IMG/VR virus record: IMGVR_UViG_3300008111_000001
Direction: 5' to 3' (one strand)
From: a virus
Length of the DNA: 64,000 bases
Part shown: positions 40,957-49,674 of the stretch, in pieces
Position numbering within the stretch: the first letter of the stretch is position 1
Layout of the letters: every line of letters begins with the position of its first letter
Translations under genes and position numbers: made by a program
Notes under the pieces: model-generated
What the model was told of the DNA's origin: nothing
Database searches by the model: none
What the model saw: only the letters and a program-made list of their open reading frames with translations

Positions 40957-41182
40957 GAAACAATCATACAAAAAAAAGATAAGCCTAAAGCTAAACGTAG
41001 AAGATACAGCTATAGTCATACCTTATGATGTAGCTATGCATATAGCTGAAACATATGATTTCGTGTCTATGGATGCAGAAGAAGAACATGTTCAATATTA
41101 TAAGGACGTTGCTGATCTAGTTAGAGCGCAGGCAAATGAGAATCGCCATGAGTTACAGGATGATGAGTATGAAGAATGGTGA
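40949..41182 (+). CDS. Hypothetical protein
   Basis: 77 aa; coupled to its neighbours. Confidence 0.5.
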   Translation: MSKKQSYKKKISLKLNVEDTAIVIPYDVAMHIAETYDFVSMDAEEEHVQYYKDVADLVRAQANENRHELQDDEYEEW

Positions 41183-41432
41183 GAAGACTCTTTTTATTTT
41201 TATGATGTTTGCTCTTGGCTCATTAATTGGCAAATCTCAGTCTAAAAAGAAAATAGTTGAAAAATCAAAAGAGCCAAATGTTGCGCAATATTTAAATAGA
41301 CTAATTGAATTTTATGATTCCAATACACTAGATATTGTTGAGGATGAATTTCTAAATTTAGTAGACTTTGGAATGAGCCCAAAAAATGCTTTTGGTGCTG
41401 TAACACACAAGCAGGTAATTAATAATGATTGA
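41169..41432 (+). CDS. Hypothetical protein with N-terminal hydrophobic anchor
   Basis: MKNGEKTLFIFMMFALGSLIGK; start uncertain. Confidence 0.45.
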   Translation: MKNGEKTLFIFMMFALGSLIGKSQSKKKIVEKSKEPNVAQYLNRLIEFYDSNTLDIVEDEFLNLVDFGMSPKNAFGAVTHKQVINND

Positions 41433-42216
41433 TTTATGTGTAGTTAATTATAATACAAGACCACTTTTAAATAGATTTTTAGATTGTCTTCATAATGATC
41501 TTCATAATCATCCCAAGGTTTGGAATTTGTATATCGCAGATAACGATTCTACGGACGATAGTGTTGATTGGTTAAAGTATAATTATCAGAGATATAGGAT
41601 TAATAAATTCTATCATAATGATAACATTGGCTACTCCGCTGCTTGTAACCAACTCGCTGCTGAAGGAAGATCAGATATTATATGCCTACTCAACGCTGAT
41701 GTATGGATAGATAATGAAAATTTAGTTAGAGCAGCAAATATATTTGATGAAAATCCCGATATTCATATTTTAGGGCCAAAGCAAAGAGATGAGAATGGTT
41801 TAATCACCCATGCCGGTATAGTCGGCACTAATACAGCTCCTAGACATCGGGGATGGCGTCAAAGCGATTTTAATGATGAGCTATTTAAAGATAGAATTAA
41901 TTGCGTAACAGTTTCTGGCTCTGCCTACTTTATTCGTCGTGAAGTTTGGAATACACTGACTAATAATCCTAAATATAGAGAAATGTATCCAAACGCAACT
42001 GGAGCATTTTTGCCGACTCCTCATTATTATGAGGAAACCTGGTGCTCTTATTTTGCTAGGCATCTTGGCTATAATGTAGTTTATGATGGCAGTGTATCAA
42101 TAGGACATAGTTGGCATAAATCTTCTGCTGTTGGTGGCGAGGCAGATGGTAAGTTTTCTGTTAGTAGAGATATTTTTAGAAGAGCTTGCGATTTTATTGG
42201 GATAGAAAGAGACTAA
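41425..42216 (+). CDS. Glycosyltransferase family 2 (WbbL/RfbF-like)
   Basis: VVNYNT...ADNDSTDDS...NIGYSAACNQ...LLNADVW...HYYEET...IGH. Confidence 0.85.
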   Translation: MIDLCVVNYNTRPLLNRFLDCLHNDLHNHPKVWNLYIADNDSTDDSVDWLKYNYQRYRINKFYHNDNIGYSAACNQLAAEGRSDIICLLNADVWIDNENLVRAANIFDENPDIHILGPKQRDENGLITHAGIVGTNTAPRHRGWRQSDFNDELFKDRINCVTVSGSAYFIRREVWNTLTNNPKYREMYPNATGAFLPTPHYYEETWCSYFARHLGYNVVYDGSVSIGHSWHKSSAVGGEADGKFSVSRDIFRRACDFIGIERD

Positions 42217-42223
42217 TTCACCA

Positions 42224-43102
42224 ATGCTAACATACGGCTCACTTTTTTCGGGCGCAGGAGGAATAGATATTGGTCTAGATAATGCTGGTATGAGCTGTAA
42301 GTTTCAAGTAGAGATAGATGAAAATTGTCAACAAATATTACAGTACAATTGGCCTAATGTCTTAAAATTCAAAGACATAAAAAATGTTAATGGATATGAT
42401 TTACCGGAAGTAGACTTAATTGCGTTTGGATCTCCATGTCAAGACTTATCTACTGCTGGGAATAAAACAGGACTTTATGGAAATAAATCTATTTTATTTT
42501 ATGAAGCTACAAGAATAATAAAAGAAATGAGAGCCAAAACGAATGGACAATACCCAAAATGGTCAATCTGGGAAAATGTTGTTGGAGCCTTATCTTCCAA
42601 CGGAGGTTCCGACTTTGGGCAAGTCCTCCGAGAAATGGATGAAGCAGGGGCGCATTTCAGTGAATGGGCAGTGTTGGATGCACAATACTTTGGAATACCC
42701 CAGCAACGAAGAAGAGTTTACGTCATCTCTGTCTATGATTCTGTTATCGCCAAAAGATGTCCAGAAAAAATATTTTCTCTCAGCCAAGGCAGCGATGGGA
42801 ATTCTTCGAAGAGTATCAAGAGAGAACAAAAAGATTCCACAGAAATTGCTAGTTGCCTTAGAAGCGGTGGCCAAGGAGGAGTCCCCTCAAGTAGGGGAGA
42901 ACATTTAGTTGTTGAGTCAGAAAAAAGGGTTAGAAGACTTACTCCAATTGAATGGGAAAGACTCATGGGCTGGCCGGATAATCACACCTTATTCCGTATT
43001 GATGGACAGACTAACTCAGACACAATAAGATATAAAATGTGTGGTAACGGAGCCGCATCACCTGTGGTAAAATGGATAGCAGATCAAATAAAGGAGATAT
43101 AA
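42224..43102 (+). CDS. DNA (cytosine-5) methyltransferase (alpha-like chain)
   Basis: Motif I FSGAGG, IV GSPCQDLS, VI ENVVG, VIII PQQRRRVY, IX RRLTPIEWERLMGWP, X YKMCGNG; very short variable region. Confidence 0.92.
   Translation: MLTYGSLFSGAGGIDIGLDNAGMSCKFQVEIDENCQQILQYNWPNVLKFKDIKNVNGYDLPEVDLIAFGSPCQDLSTAGNKTGLYGNKSILFYEATRIIKEMRAKTNGQYPKWSIWENVVGALSSNGGSDFGQVLREMDEAGAHFSEWAVLDAQYFGIPQQRRRVYVISVYDSVIAKRCPEKIFSLSQGSDGNSSKSIKREQKDSTEIASCLRSGGQGGVPSSRGEHLVVESEKRVRRLTPIEWERLMGWPDNHTLFRIDGQTNSDTIRYKMCGNGAASPVVKWIADQIKEI
42543..42908 (+). CDS. Overprinted alternative-frame protein inside the C5-MTase gene, M.EcoHK31I beta-subunit-like
   Basis: 121-codon ORF in the +1 frame. SGKM...SSEKWMKQG...GQCWMHNTLEYPSNEEE-SSLSMIL...KKYFLSAKAAMGILRR...KKIPQKLLVAL is protein-like and matches the L-x-x-I-L...KY-x-LS element that normally follows motif VIII. 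Confidence 0.7.
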   Translation: MDNTQNGQSGKMLLEPYLPTEVPTLGKSSEKWMKQGRISVNGQCWMHNTLEYPSNEEEFTSSLSMILLSPKDVQKKYFLSAKAAMGILRRVSRENKKIPQKLLVALEAVAKEESPQVGENI

Positions 43103-43501
43103 ATGTCGGATAAATTAAATCCATGGATATACAATGCAGAGGTAAAAAAAGTTGTTGATGGTGACACTTTTGATATTATTATTGACCTTGGTTTTGACGT
43201 GCTCAAAAAGGGTAGAGTTCGCTTATATGGCGTTAATACTCCGGAAAGCAGAACGTCTAACGTTGAAGAAAAGAAGATGGGATTAGCTGCAAAAGAGTTC
43301 ACGGACCAATGGTTAACCGCCGCCAATCACAAAGTTAAAATTGAAACTATTATTGATAAGAACGAAAAGTACGGAAGAGTTCTGGCAAGAGTGTGGAATG
43401 AGGCTGAAGAGTGTCTAAATGATGCTATAATAGCGTCTGGTCTTGCTAGAGCATACTTTGGCGTAGGCGATAAAACATTCACTGAATTCAAAAAGGACTA
43501 A
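43103..43501 (+). CDS. Thermonuclease (SNase-like)
   Basis: KKVVDGDTFD...VRLYGVNTPE...EKYGRVLA...NDAIIASGLA. Confidence 0.88.
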   Translation: MSDKLNPWIYNAEVKKVVDGDTFDIIIDLGFDVLKKGRVRLYGVNTPESRTSNVEEKKMGLAAKEFTDQWLTAANHKVKIETIIDKNEKYGRVLARVWNEAEECLNDAIIASGLARAYFGVGDKTFTEFKKD

Positions 43502-43502
43502 A

Positions 43503-43922
43503 GTGCAAACATTTTTACCGTACGCAGATTTTGAAAAATCTGTAGAAGTATTAGACTATCGCAGATTGGGGAAGCAACGTGTTGAAACATTTCAAGTTCT
43601 TAATATTTTACTTGAAAGAACGCCTACGAAAGGTTGGCGAAACCATCCAGTCACGCTAATGTGGACCGGGTATGAATCAGCTCTGAAGTTATATCAAAAT
43701 ATAACTATCCGTGAATGGGTTCGTAGAGGATACAATAACAATATGCAATACGAAGAAATAGAACCGGGAACTGTTGTAATGCCAGCCTGGTTTGGCAATG
43801 AAGAATTCCATAGATCACATAGATCAAATCTTCTTCGTAAAGACTTTGGATATTATTCACAGTATTTTGATGAACCAAATGACCTAGAATATTATTGGCC
43901 AGGAGTAAGCTATGCCTCTTAA
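43503..43922 (+). CDS. Pyrimidine-dimer DNA glycosylase / endonuclease V-like (MSMEG_6728-like)
   Basis: MQTFLPY...LDYRRLGKQRVET...GWRNHPVTLMW...FHRSHRSNLLRKD...YYWP. Confidence 0.85.
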   Translation: MQTFLPYADFEKSVEVLDYRRLGKQRVETFQVLNILLERTPTKGWRNHPVTLMWTGYESALKLYQNITIREWVRRGYNNNMQYEEIEPGTVVMPAWFGNEEFHRSHRSNLLRKDFGYYSQYFDEPNDLEYYWPGVSYAS

Positions 43923-44316
43923 AGTATTTTTATCTGGAGCCATTGAAGGTGTCGAAGAATATGGTCGCAGTTGGAGAAAAGCTGCTACTGAAAAGCTGCA
44001 CCTTTTTGGTTATGATGTTTTAGATCCAACACTAATCTTCGATAAAGAGTATGAAACTCCAGAAGAAATTGTTGAAAAGAATTTGTTTTTACAGCGCAGA
44101 GCCGATATAATTCTTGTAGAATATATGATCAAAGATCGCCCATATATAGGAACTGATTTTGAATTAGCTTGGGCTAAATTCAACAATCAACCCGCAGTAG
44201 TTTTCTGCTGTGATTCAAATAAAAATAGAGTTTATTTGAAATATATGGCAACAAAACTTGCATCATCGATGCAAGATGCGATAGAATATATCGCAACCAA
44301 TTATCCATCAAATTAA
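43912..44316 (+). CDS. Nucleoside 2-deoxyribosyltransferase / dNMP N-glycosidase-like protein
   Basis: KVFLSGAI...ADIILV...IGTDFELAWA matches the NDT GT-x-x-E motif. Confidence 0.75.
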   Translation: MPLKVFLSGAIEGVEEYGRSWRKAATEKLHLFGYDVLDPTLIFDKEYETPEEIVEKNLFLQRRADIILVEYMIKDRPYIGTDFELAWAKFNNQPAVVFCCDSNKNRVYLKYMATKLASSMQDAIEYIATNYPSN

Positions 44317-44330
44317 CGAAAGGTAATACA

Positions 44331-44525
44331 ATGTCAGATAACAAGTTGAAGTATTTCACAGTAACAACAACAGCAATCGTCAAGGCCAACAATAAGACCG
44401 AGGCGGAAAAGCTGGCTATGTCAACTGGTCGTCGTCCAGTCGGCGTTGCTGGAGAGGTAATCTTCAAGGACGTTGAGATCGAGCGCATCTCGGCTGTTGA
44501 GGCCCACGATCAGCTCGTTGGCTGA
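44331..44525 (+). CDS. Small hypothetical protein with GC-richer codon usage
   Basis: 64 aa; strong SD GAAAGG; frequent AAG/GTC/ATC/GAG codons; followed by its own terminator. Confidence 0.65.
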   Translation: MSDNKLKYFTVTTTAIVKANNKTEAEKLAMSTGRRPVGVAGEVIFKDVEIERISAVEAHDQLVG

Positions 44526-44551
44526 GTAGTTCAGCAAACGTATTTGTTGTG

Positions 44552-44587
44552 GCTTGAGGGGGAGCAATCCCCCTCAAGCTGTTTCTA
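44552..44587 (+). terminator. Intrinsic terminator
   Basis: Perfect 12-bp stem GCTTGAGGGGGA-GCAA-TCCCCCTCAAGC with a GNRA loop, then TGTTTCT. Confidence 0.75.
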
Positions 44588-44602
44588 AGGATTGGATATT
44601 TT

Positions 44603-45295
44603 ATGATAATAGCTCAAATGATAGGCAAGAATGAATCCGAGAGATTTCTTGAAGATGTCTTAGAAAGACTATCTTCACAAGTAGATAAGATTGTTTTTAC
44701 AGATGATTGTTCTGATGATAACACTATTGAAATAGCTGCAAAATACGCAGAAGTTTTTCAGAGTCCAGAACCTCTATTCAAAGTGCACGAAGGCAAGCTA
44801 AGAGCTTTTGCGTGGGGAAACTTAGAAAAGTTTGCCTCTGTTGGCGATTGGATAATCGCTATAGATTGCGACGAGATGCTACATCACATTAATGAAATGC
44901 CAATAAGAGATGTTTTGGCTCAGTCTCCAAATGATGTTGTTAATGTTAGGTTCTATCATATGTGGAACGATTCTCAATATCGAGTGGATAAACTTTGGGC
45001 GCCAAACAATAGTTCAAGAATATTTAGATTTGTTCCAAATGGCGGATTTGCAAATAGACAACTCGCCTGTGGATCAGAGCCTACGTATGTAGCAGATTGG
45101 ATTCGCCAAAGAAATTGGTGGCTTAACTCCGGTTTAGTCATGCAACATTTAGGATATGTTAAGGATTCCGACAAAAAAGATAAATATTCAAGATATTCAG
45201 AGATAGATGGTGGTAGATTTCATAACGGAGATCATATTAATTCAATAATGGACGAAAACCCAGTCTTAATTGACTGGGGTACATTTGGTATATAA
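44603..45295 (+). CDS. Glycosyltransferase family 2 (SunS/Glyco_tranf_2_4-like)
   Basis: IGKNESERFLEDVL...FTDDCSDDNT...WIIAIDCDEML...MQHLGY. Confidence 0.85.
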   Translation: MIIAQMIGKNESERFLEDVLERLSSQVDKIVFTDDCSDDNTIEIAAKYAEVFQSPEPLFKVHEGKLRAFAWGNLEKFASVGDWIIAIDCDEMLHHINEMPIRDVLAQSPNDVVNVRFYHMWNDSQYRVDKLWAPNNSSRIFRFVPNGGFANRQLACGSEPTYVADWIRQRNWWLNSGLVMQHLGYVKDSDKKDKYSRYSEIDGGRFHNGDHINSIMDENPVLIDWGTFGI

Positions 45296-45308
45296 TTAGG
45301 AGAAAAAA

Positions 45309-45950
45309 ATGACCTGTCTTAACCCCGCTGAATCAATCAAAAACATTACATTGGCTCTTGAAAAGAACAAAAAGTTTTCTTACATTAACGTTACAAAGTC
45401 GGCAATTATCGCTCTAAGTAAAAGTTCAGATAACTCCTTTCCTTCACACTTTGCCAAGAGCGTAATCGCCTCCTTGAAAAATAATGATCCTATGATGATG
45501 AAAGCTATATCTCATTCATTGGTTTCTGACATAGAGGATGGAAAGCATTACAAAATAGGTCTCCATAAAAATGGAACGTACTATTATTCAAATATTTTTG
45601 AATATTATTACATGAATAATAAAGATGTATATAACTCAACAGTTAACTATTACATAAAGAATTCTCCAAGCGTTGTTATCACCTTTCATGATAAGAAGCT
45701 TATACAAAAACATTTTGGCAATAGTGCCCACATAATCAACGTTGCGTATACCAATTACTATGAAAAATTAGATAATATATATGCTCAACTAACCGAATTT
45801 GAGGGTGGAGTAGATTACTGCATTATGGATTGTGGCGTCCTTGGTTTGGCGTTGGCTTCTAAGATATGGGAAAACTTGAACATGTCAGTATTAGATTTTG
45901 GTAAAACATTAAGTTTGAGTAAGACTCCTCAAACAGTAAGCGTGGCATGA
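45309..45950 (+). CDS. Putative GT-D-fold glycosyltransferase-like protein
   Basis: C-terminal DYCIMDCGVLGLALASKIWENLNMSVLDFGK resembles the GT-D/DUF1792 nucleotide-binding end; adjacent to a GT2 gene. Confidence 0.5.
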   Translation: MTCLNPAESIKNITLALEKNKKFSYINVTKSAIIALSKSSDNSFPSHFAKSVIASLKNNDPMMMKAISHSLVSDIEDGKHYKIGLHKNGTYYYSNIFEYYYMNNKDVYNSTVNYYIKNSPSVVITFHDKKLIQKHFGNSAHIINVAYTNYYEKLDNIYAQLTEFEGGVDYCIMDCGVLGLALASKIWENLNMSVLDFGKTLSLSKTPQTVSVA

Positions 45951-46603
45951 AAAAAGAATACAAAAAGCTAGAAGAAGATGATATTAATTTTCTTACTGAT
46001 CTTCTTTTTGATACATCTTTATCTATTAGCGAAATCGCTAAGCAATTAGACGTATCTATACCGGAAGTTAATAAGAAAATAAATTCTCTTGGTTTGTCGT
46101 GGCTGAAAAATTCTAGAAAAAAAATGTCTAGAGGCCAAACTGCTTTGACGATGATAATGCAAAAACTTCTTCCTGGTGAAGAAATCATTAATGAACACCA
46201 TATAGGTGACAAGTTAAAGCTGGATGTATTTTGCCCTAAATATAAAATAGCAGCAGAGTATCATGGTAGACAGCATTTTTATTATACTAGTAGATTTTTT
46301 GAATCCAAGTATGACTTTGAACAAGCTCAGAAAAGAGATGAAAAAAAAGCGCAGTACTGCATAGACAATGGAATAGCTTTGATCGTTTTTAGGTACAACG
46401 ATTTGTTAACTGAACAAGCTGTTTATGATAGAATGTTAACAGCAATAAGGGAAACTGATTTTGTTTCAAAACCGACTCGCAAAACATCCATAAGTTCTAA
46501 TCCAGCGTACCAAGAAGCTAAAAAGAAAAACTCTGAGTACAAAAAGAAATTGTACAGAAAAATAAAAGGTTCCAAAATTGATGACCGCAGAAGAAGTATC
46601 TGA
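45947..46603 (+). CDS. HTH plus very-short-patch/DUF559-like PD-(D/E)XK endonuclease
   Basis: N-terminal LSISEIAKQLDVS HTH; KLDVFCPKYKIAAEYHGRQHF...RDEKKAQYCIDNGIALIVFRY. Confidence 0.75.
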   Translation: MKKEYKKLEEDDINFLTDLLFDTSLSISEIAKQLDVSIPEVNKKINSLGLSWLKNSRKKMSRGQTALTMIMQKLLPGEEIINEHHIGDKLKLDVFCPKYKIAAEYHGRQHFYYTSRFFESKYDFEQAQKRDEKKAQYCIDNGIALIVFRYNDLLTEQAVYDRMLTAIRETDFVSKPTRKTSISSNPAYQEAKKKNSEYKKKLYRKIKGSKIDDRRRSI

Positions 46604-48041
46604 GTTAGAAAACTCTCCAATAGAATACCATGCCTTCTCATTATGCCTAAAGCAGCCAGGTGCTGTAGAATTTTTTAATGATAATTTATCTAGTGATATA
46701 GTTGGAATTATTCATGGAGAAAAAGGCGTTCATGAATTCTATGAAGCACTTCTGGGTTTCCACCGTGCTACTGGATTGGATATAGTAGATCCTGTAGCTT
46801 TTAAAGTTTGGTTGCAGTCTGAAACTGATATCTACAACGCTTTAGGTGGAGACACTGGTCTTTCTATAATGCTGGACTATGTTCTTGGTATTGACGTTGG
46901 AAGTAAAGAATCTGTTTTAGAGTTAATTAAGCATAAAGCAAATAAACGAAAGCAGATAAATTATCTTCAAGAGCTTCAGATATTAATTAATAAAAAAGGT
47001 CTCAAGTCTGAAGAAGATACTTCCAGAATATCTGAGTTAACTTCAAAGATTAAAGATTTAGAAAATTCGATAAAGTACAACCCTTTTGATAAGTTAACAA
47101 CAGCTTCAGATATTATGTCTAGAGCTGATGATCTGCTAGACATACCCAGCTTTATGCCTACACAGTTTAAGGCTTTAAATAGGGCTATGGGCTATACTGA
47201 AGACGGTGGCTTCTTTAAGGGGGCTGTCCATGCCGTAATTGCCCCATCAGGTAAGGGTAAGAGTACTTTTACAAAATGCCTAGCGAATCACTGGCTTGAT
47301 TCAGGTTACAGAGTTTTATATGTCAACTTCGAAGAAGCTATTGGTCACTGGGAAAGAATATTGATGACACAAATAATAGGCAAGAATGTTTATTCGGAGT
47401 CTGAGAAATGGTCACAAAAAGAGAAGTTAGATTATATATCGATTTTTAAATCTAGATTGGAAAAATGGGGAGATCGCCTTATGGTTAGACATGATCCTGA
47501 TACCCCATACTTTGAGGATTTAGAATTTTGGCTTAGAGATTTAATAGGACACGCAGATAAAACTCCAGATGTATTAATAATTGACACCATACAATCAATG
47601 TTCACTAGAGGTAACGGTAAGGGTAAGCCTCGATGGGGTGAATTTGAAGAAATGATGGTTAGATTAGAAAAACTAGCTAGAGATATGAATTGCGTTTTAA
47701 TAATAACCGCACAAGAAAATGCTAATAGAATGAAAGAAAGAAGAGAAGTTGTCCAGCAATCTGACACCGGCGGATCTTTAGCTATTCAGCAAAAATGTGC
47801 AGTAACTATTTTTATTACTGAAAAACGTTTAGCGACCCAAGATGAAACCGAAGATGAAAACATTATGCAGCTACAGATTCCCAAGAACAGAATAACTGGC
47901 TCTGCCTTTCTTTATGATCCCCCATTGGTTCGCTACAATGACGAAAAGAAAATATATGAAGATTATGAAGTTGTGAGCGAAAGCTCTTATACGGAAAGTA
48001 CAGATTTACAAGATTTACTTAATGGAGAAGGGTTTGATTGA
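46578..48041 (+). CDS. dnaB: DnaB-like (SF4) replicative helicase
   Basis: Walker A APSGKGKST, YVNFEE, Walker B LIIDTIQ, LARDMNCVLIITAQ, QIPKNR. Confidence 0.85.
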   Translation: MMTAEEVSELENSPIEYHAFSLCLKQPGAVEFFNDNLSSDIVGIIHGEKGVHEFYEALLGFHRATGLDIVDPVAFKVWLQSETDIYNALGGDTGLSIMLDYVLGIDVGSKESVLELIKHKANKRKQINYLQELQILINKKGLKSEEDTSRISELTSKIKDLENSIKYNPFDKLTTASDIMSRADDLLDIPSFMPTQFKALNRAMGYTEDGGFFKGAVHAVIAPSGKGKSTFTKCLANHWLDSGYRVLYVNFEEAIGHWERILMTQIIGKNVYSESEKWSQKEKLDYISIFKSRLEKWGDRLMVRHDPDTPYFEDLEFWLRDLIGHADKTPDVLIIDTIQSMFTRGNGKGKPRWGEFEEMMVRLEKLARDMNCVLIITAQENANRMKERREVVQQSDTGGSLAIQQKCAVTIFITEKRLATQDETEDENIMQLQIPKNRITGSAFLYDPPLVRYNDEKKIYEDYEVVSESSYTESTDLQDLLNGEGFD

Positions 48042-48832
48042 TGATAGATTTAAGTACTGATTCAATAAAAGACTTTCAAACATGTGAAAGATTATATGAT
48101 TATAGATATGTAGAAAAGCTTCCTGAGACAATCTATTCTCGTGATCTCTATGCTCTAAAGTTTGAAAATAGTTTAAAGAATATTATAAATTTTTTTTGGT
48201 TCAAAAAACAAGCCGGAATCACCCCATCATACGCATCCCTACTAAATAGATGGGAAAAGATTTGGTTTCCAAAGGATACGACTCATTATGATCTAACAAT
48301 AGAGCAGCACGAAAGTGCTTATGGAAACATGTCTAGCTTGACGGCCCAGGCAGCAAACATCCTACTTAATTTCCATGAAACCTATAGTCAATTAGATGCA
48401 ATCCCGTTGTCTATTGCAGATGAGTATGTCGTTACTGTAGATAAAACAGTGAGAATACATGATAAGTTTGATCTTATATATCGGCACGCAGGGCAAAATT
48501 ACGTTGTTAAGTTTATTTTTAACTATAAGAATAGTTACAGACAAATGTATCAAGTAGATTTTTCTTCGATGTATTTAGCTTTCAAAAATCTTCATCCAGG
48601 AAAGGTTGCTTCAACAAAGTTTGGTTATGTTGATTTAATGTCAAACAATCTAAAGTTTAACGAATATGAAATAACTGAACAAGACATAGAGTCAATAAAT
48701 TACTGGTGTGCTACAATAGAGGATAAAGATGTTTTTGTGCCCAGAAGAGGTTTAACATATTATTGTAAAAAGTGTCCATTTGATACGCCGTGTTCCAAAT
48801 GGTCTTTCTCAACTCAAGCTAAAGTAAAGTGA
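48038..48832 (+). CDS. Cas4/AddB-like PD-(D/E)XK fold protein, catalytic motif degenerate
   Basis: SIKDFQTCERLYDYRY; DKFDLI...VVKFIF in place of D-x-K; C-terminal YCKKCPFDTPC. Confidence 0.65.
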   Translation: MMIDLSTDSIKDFQTCERLYDYRYVEKLPETIYSRDLYALKFENSLKNIINFFWFKKQAGITPSYASLLNRWEKIWFPKDTTHYDLTIEQHESAYGNMSSLTAQAANILLNFHETYSQLDAIPLSIADEYVVTVDKTVRIHDKFDLIYRHAGQNYVVKFIFNYKNSYRQMYQVDFSSMYLAFKNLHPGKVASTKFGYVDLMSNNLKFNEYEITEQDIESINYWCATIEDKDVFVPRRGLTYYCKKCPFDTPCSKWSFSTQAKVK

Positions 48833-48842
48833 GTATTATATT

Positions 48843-49520
48843 ATGGCTAAAAATTTCTTAGATGAAATTCTTAAAGAAGATAAAAAGAGTTTTTTTGAAA
48901 CAGAAAATGATGTACTGCATCAGTTGTTGGATGAAATAAATCTAATTACAGACGATGCTATAGTTTCATTTGTAAGATCAGTATTGTTGAAGGCAGAAAT
49001 ATTTTGGGATATTCCATCTAGTTTTTCAGGCAAATATCATCCTGGCGATGAGCATGGTCCTGGCGGCAACGTACTGCACACTAAGCGAGTTGTTAGGGTA
49101 GCATCTATCTTGGCTGATTCGTATTCTTTGTCAGATGATGAGAGAAATGTAATTATAGCAGCGTGCCTGCTCCATGACGTCACAAAGGGCATACCCGATT
49201 TTAATGATGCATCCTCTTTTCACTATGACCCCATGCATCCATATACGGTGGCTAAGTTTGTCCAAAATTGTCAAATGTATGATAAAGAATATGGAAACGA
49301 TTCTCAGTCAACTAGTTTATTTATAGCAGAAGAATCTATACAAGCCATATTGCGTTTAGTTAGATGTCATCTTGGTCCATGGTCACCAGTGCCAGAAACC
49401 TATCCTATTACTTATTTAGATTATATTGTTCATATAGCAGATAATCTTGCTAGCAAGATCCATACGGTTATAGAAGATAGTGAGCTTATCAATGAAAAGT
49501 GGCGAAAGCAAGCTGAGTAA
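48843..49520 (+). CDS. HD-domain phosphohydrolase (YhaM-like)
   Basis: KYH...GGNVLHTKRVV, LLHDVTKG, H-x-G, VHIADNLAS. Confidence 0.8.
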   Translation: MAKNFLDEILKEDKKSFFETENDVLHQLLDEINLITDDAIVSFVRSVLLKAEIFWDIPSSFSGKYHPGDEHGPGGNVLHTKRVVRVASILADSYSLSDDERNVIIAACLLHDVTKGIPDFNDASSFHYDPMHPYTVAKFVQNCQMYDKEYGNDSQSTSLFIAEESIQAILRLVRCHLGPWSPVPETYPITYLDYIVHIADNLASKIHTVIEDSELINEKWRKQAE

Positions 49521-49674
49521 GCAGCAGCGTATTGTAAATAGAACGTTTATTTTAAACAACTTAGATGATATAATTAAAGAGTCTGTTTATTATAGAACAA
49601 ACGCAGATTGTCTCGCAGAGCAATCTGTTGCAAAGATTAACATCTATAACGATACTAAGGTAAAGATATTGTGA
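49480..49674 (+). CDS. Hypothetical protein
   Basis: Short ORF filling the gap and ending in a GTGA overlap with the primase gene; start uncertain. Confidence 0.4.
   Translation: MSLSMKSGESKLSKQQRIVNRTFILNNLDDIIKESVYYRTNADCLAEQSVAKINIYNDTKVKIL

Noticed and set aside
42590-42966. Minus-strand ORFs opposite the methyltransferase
   Set aside because: No recognisable motifs or expression signals; probably a by-product of dual-frame constraint on the + strand.
44180-44488. Tracked minus-strand ORF of 102 aa
   Set aside because: It is the shadow of the 44331-44525 gene, which has the SD and terminator.
39428-45950. DNA base hypermodification pathway
   Set aside because: No hydroxymethylase, TET/JBP or queuosine/Z-base genes are visible in the window; only 5mC is supported. 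Genes outside the window cannot be excluded.
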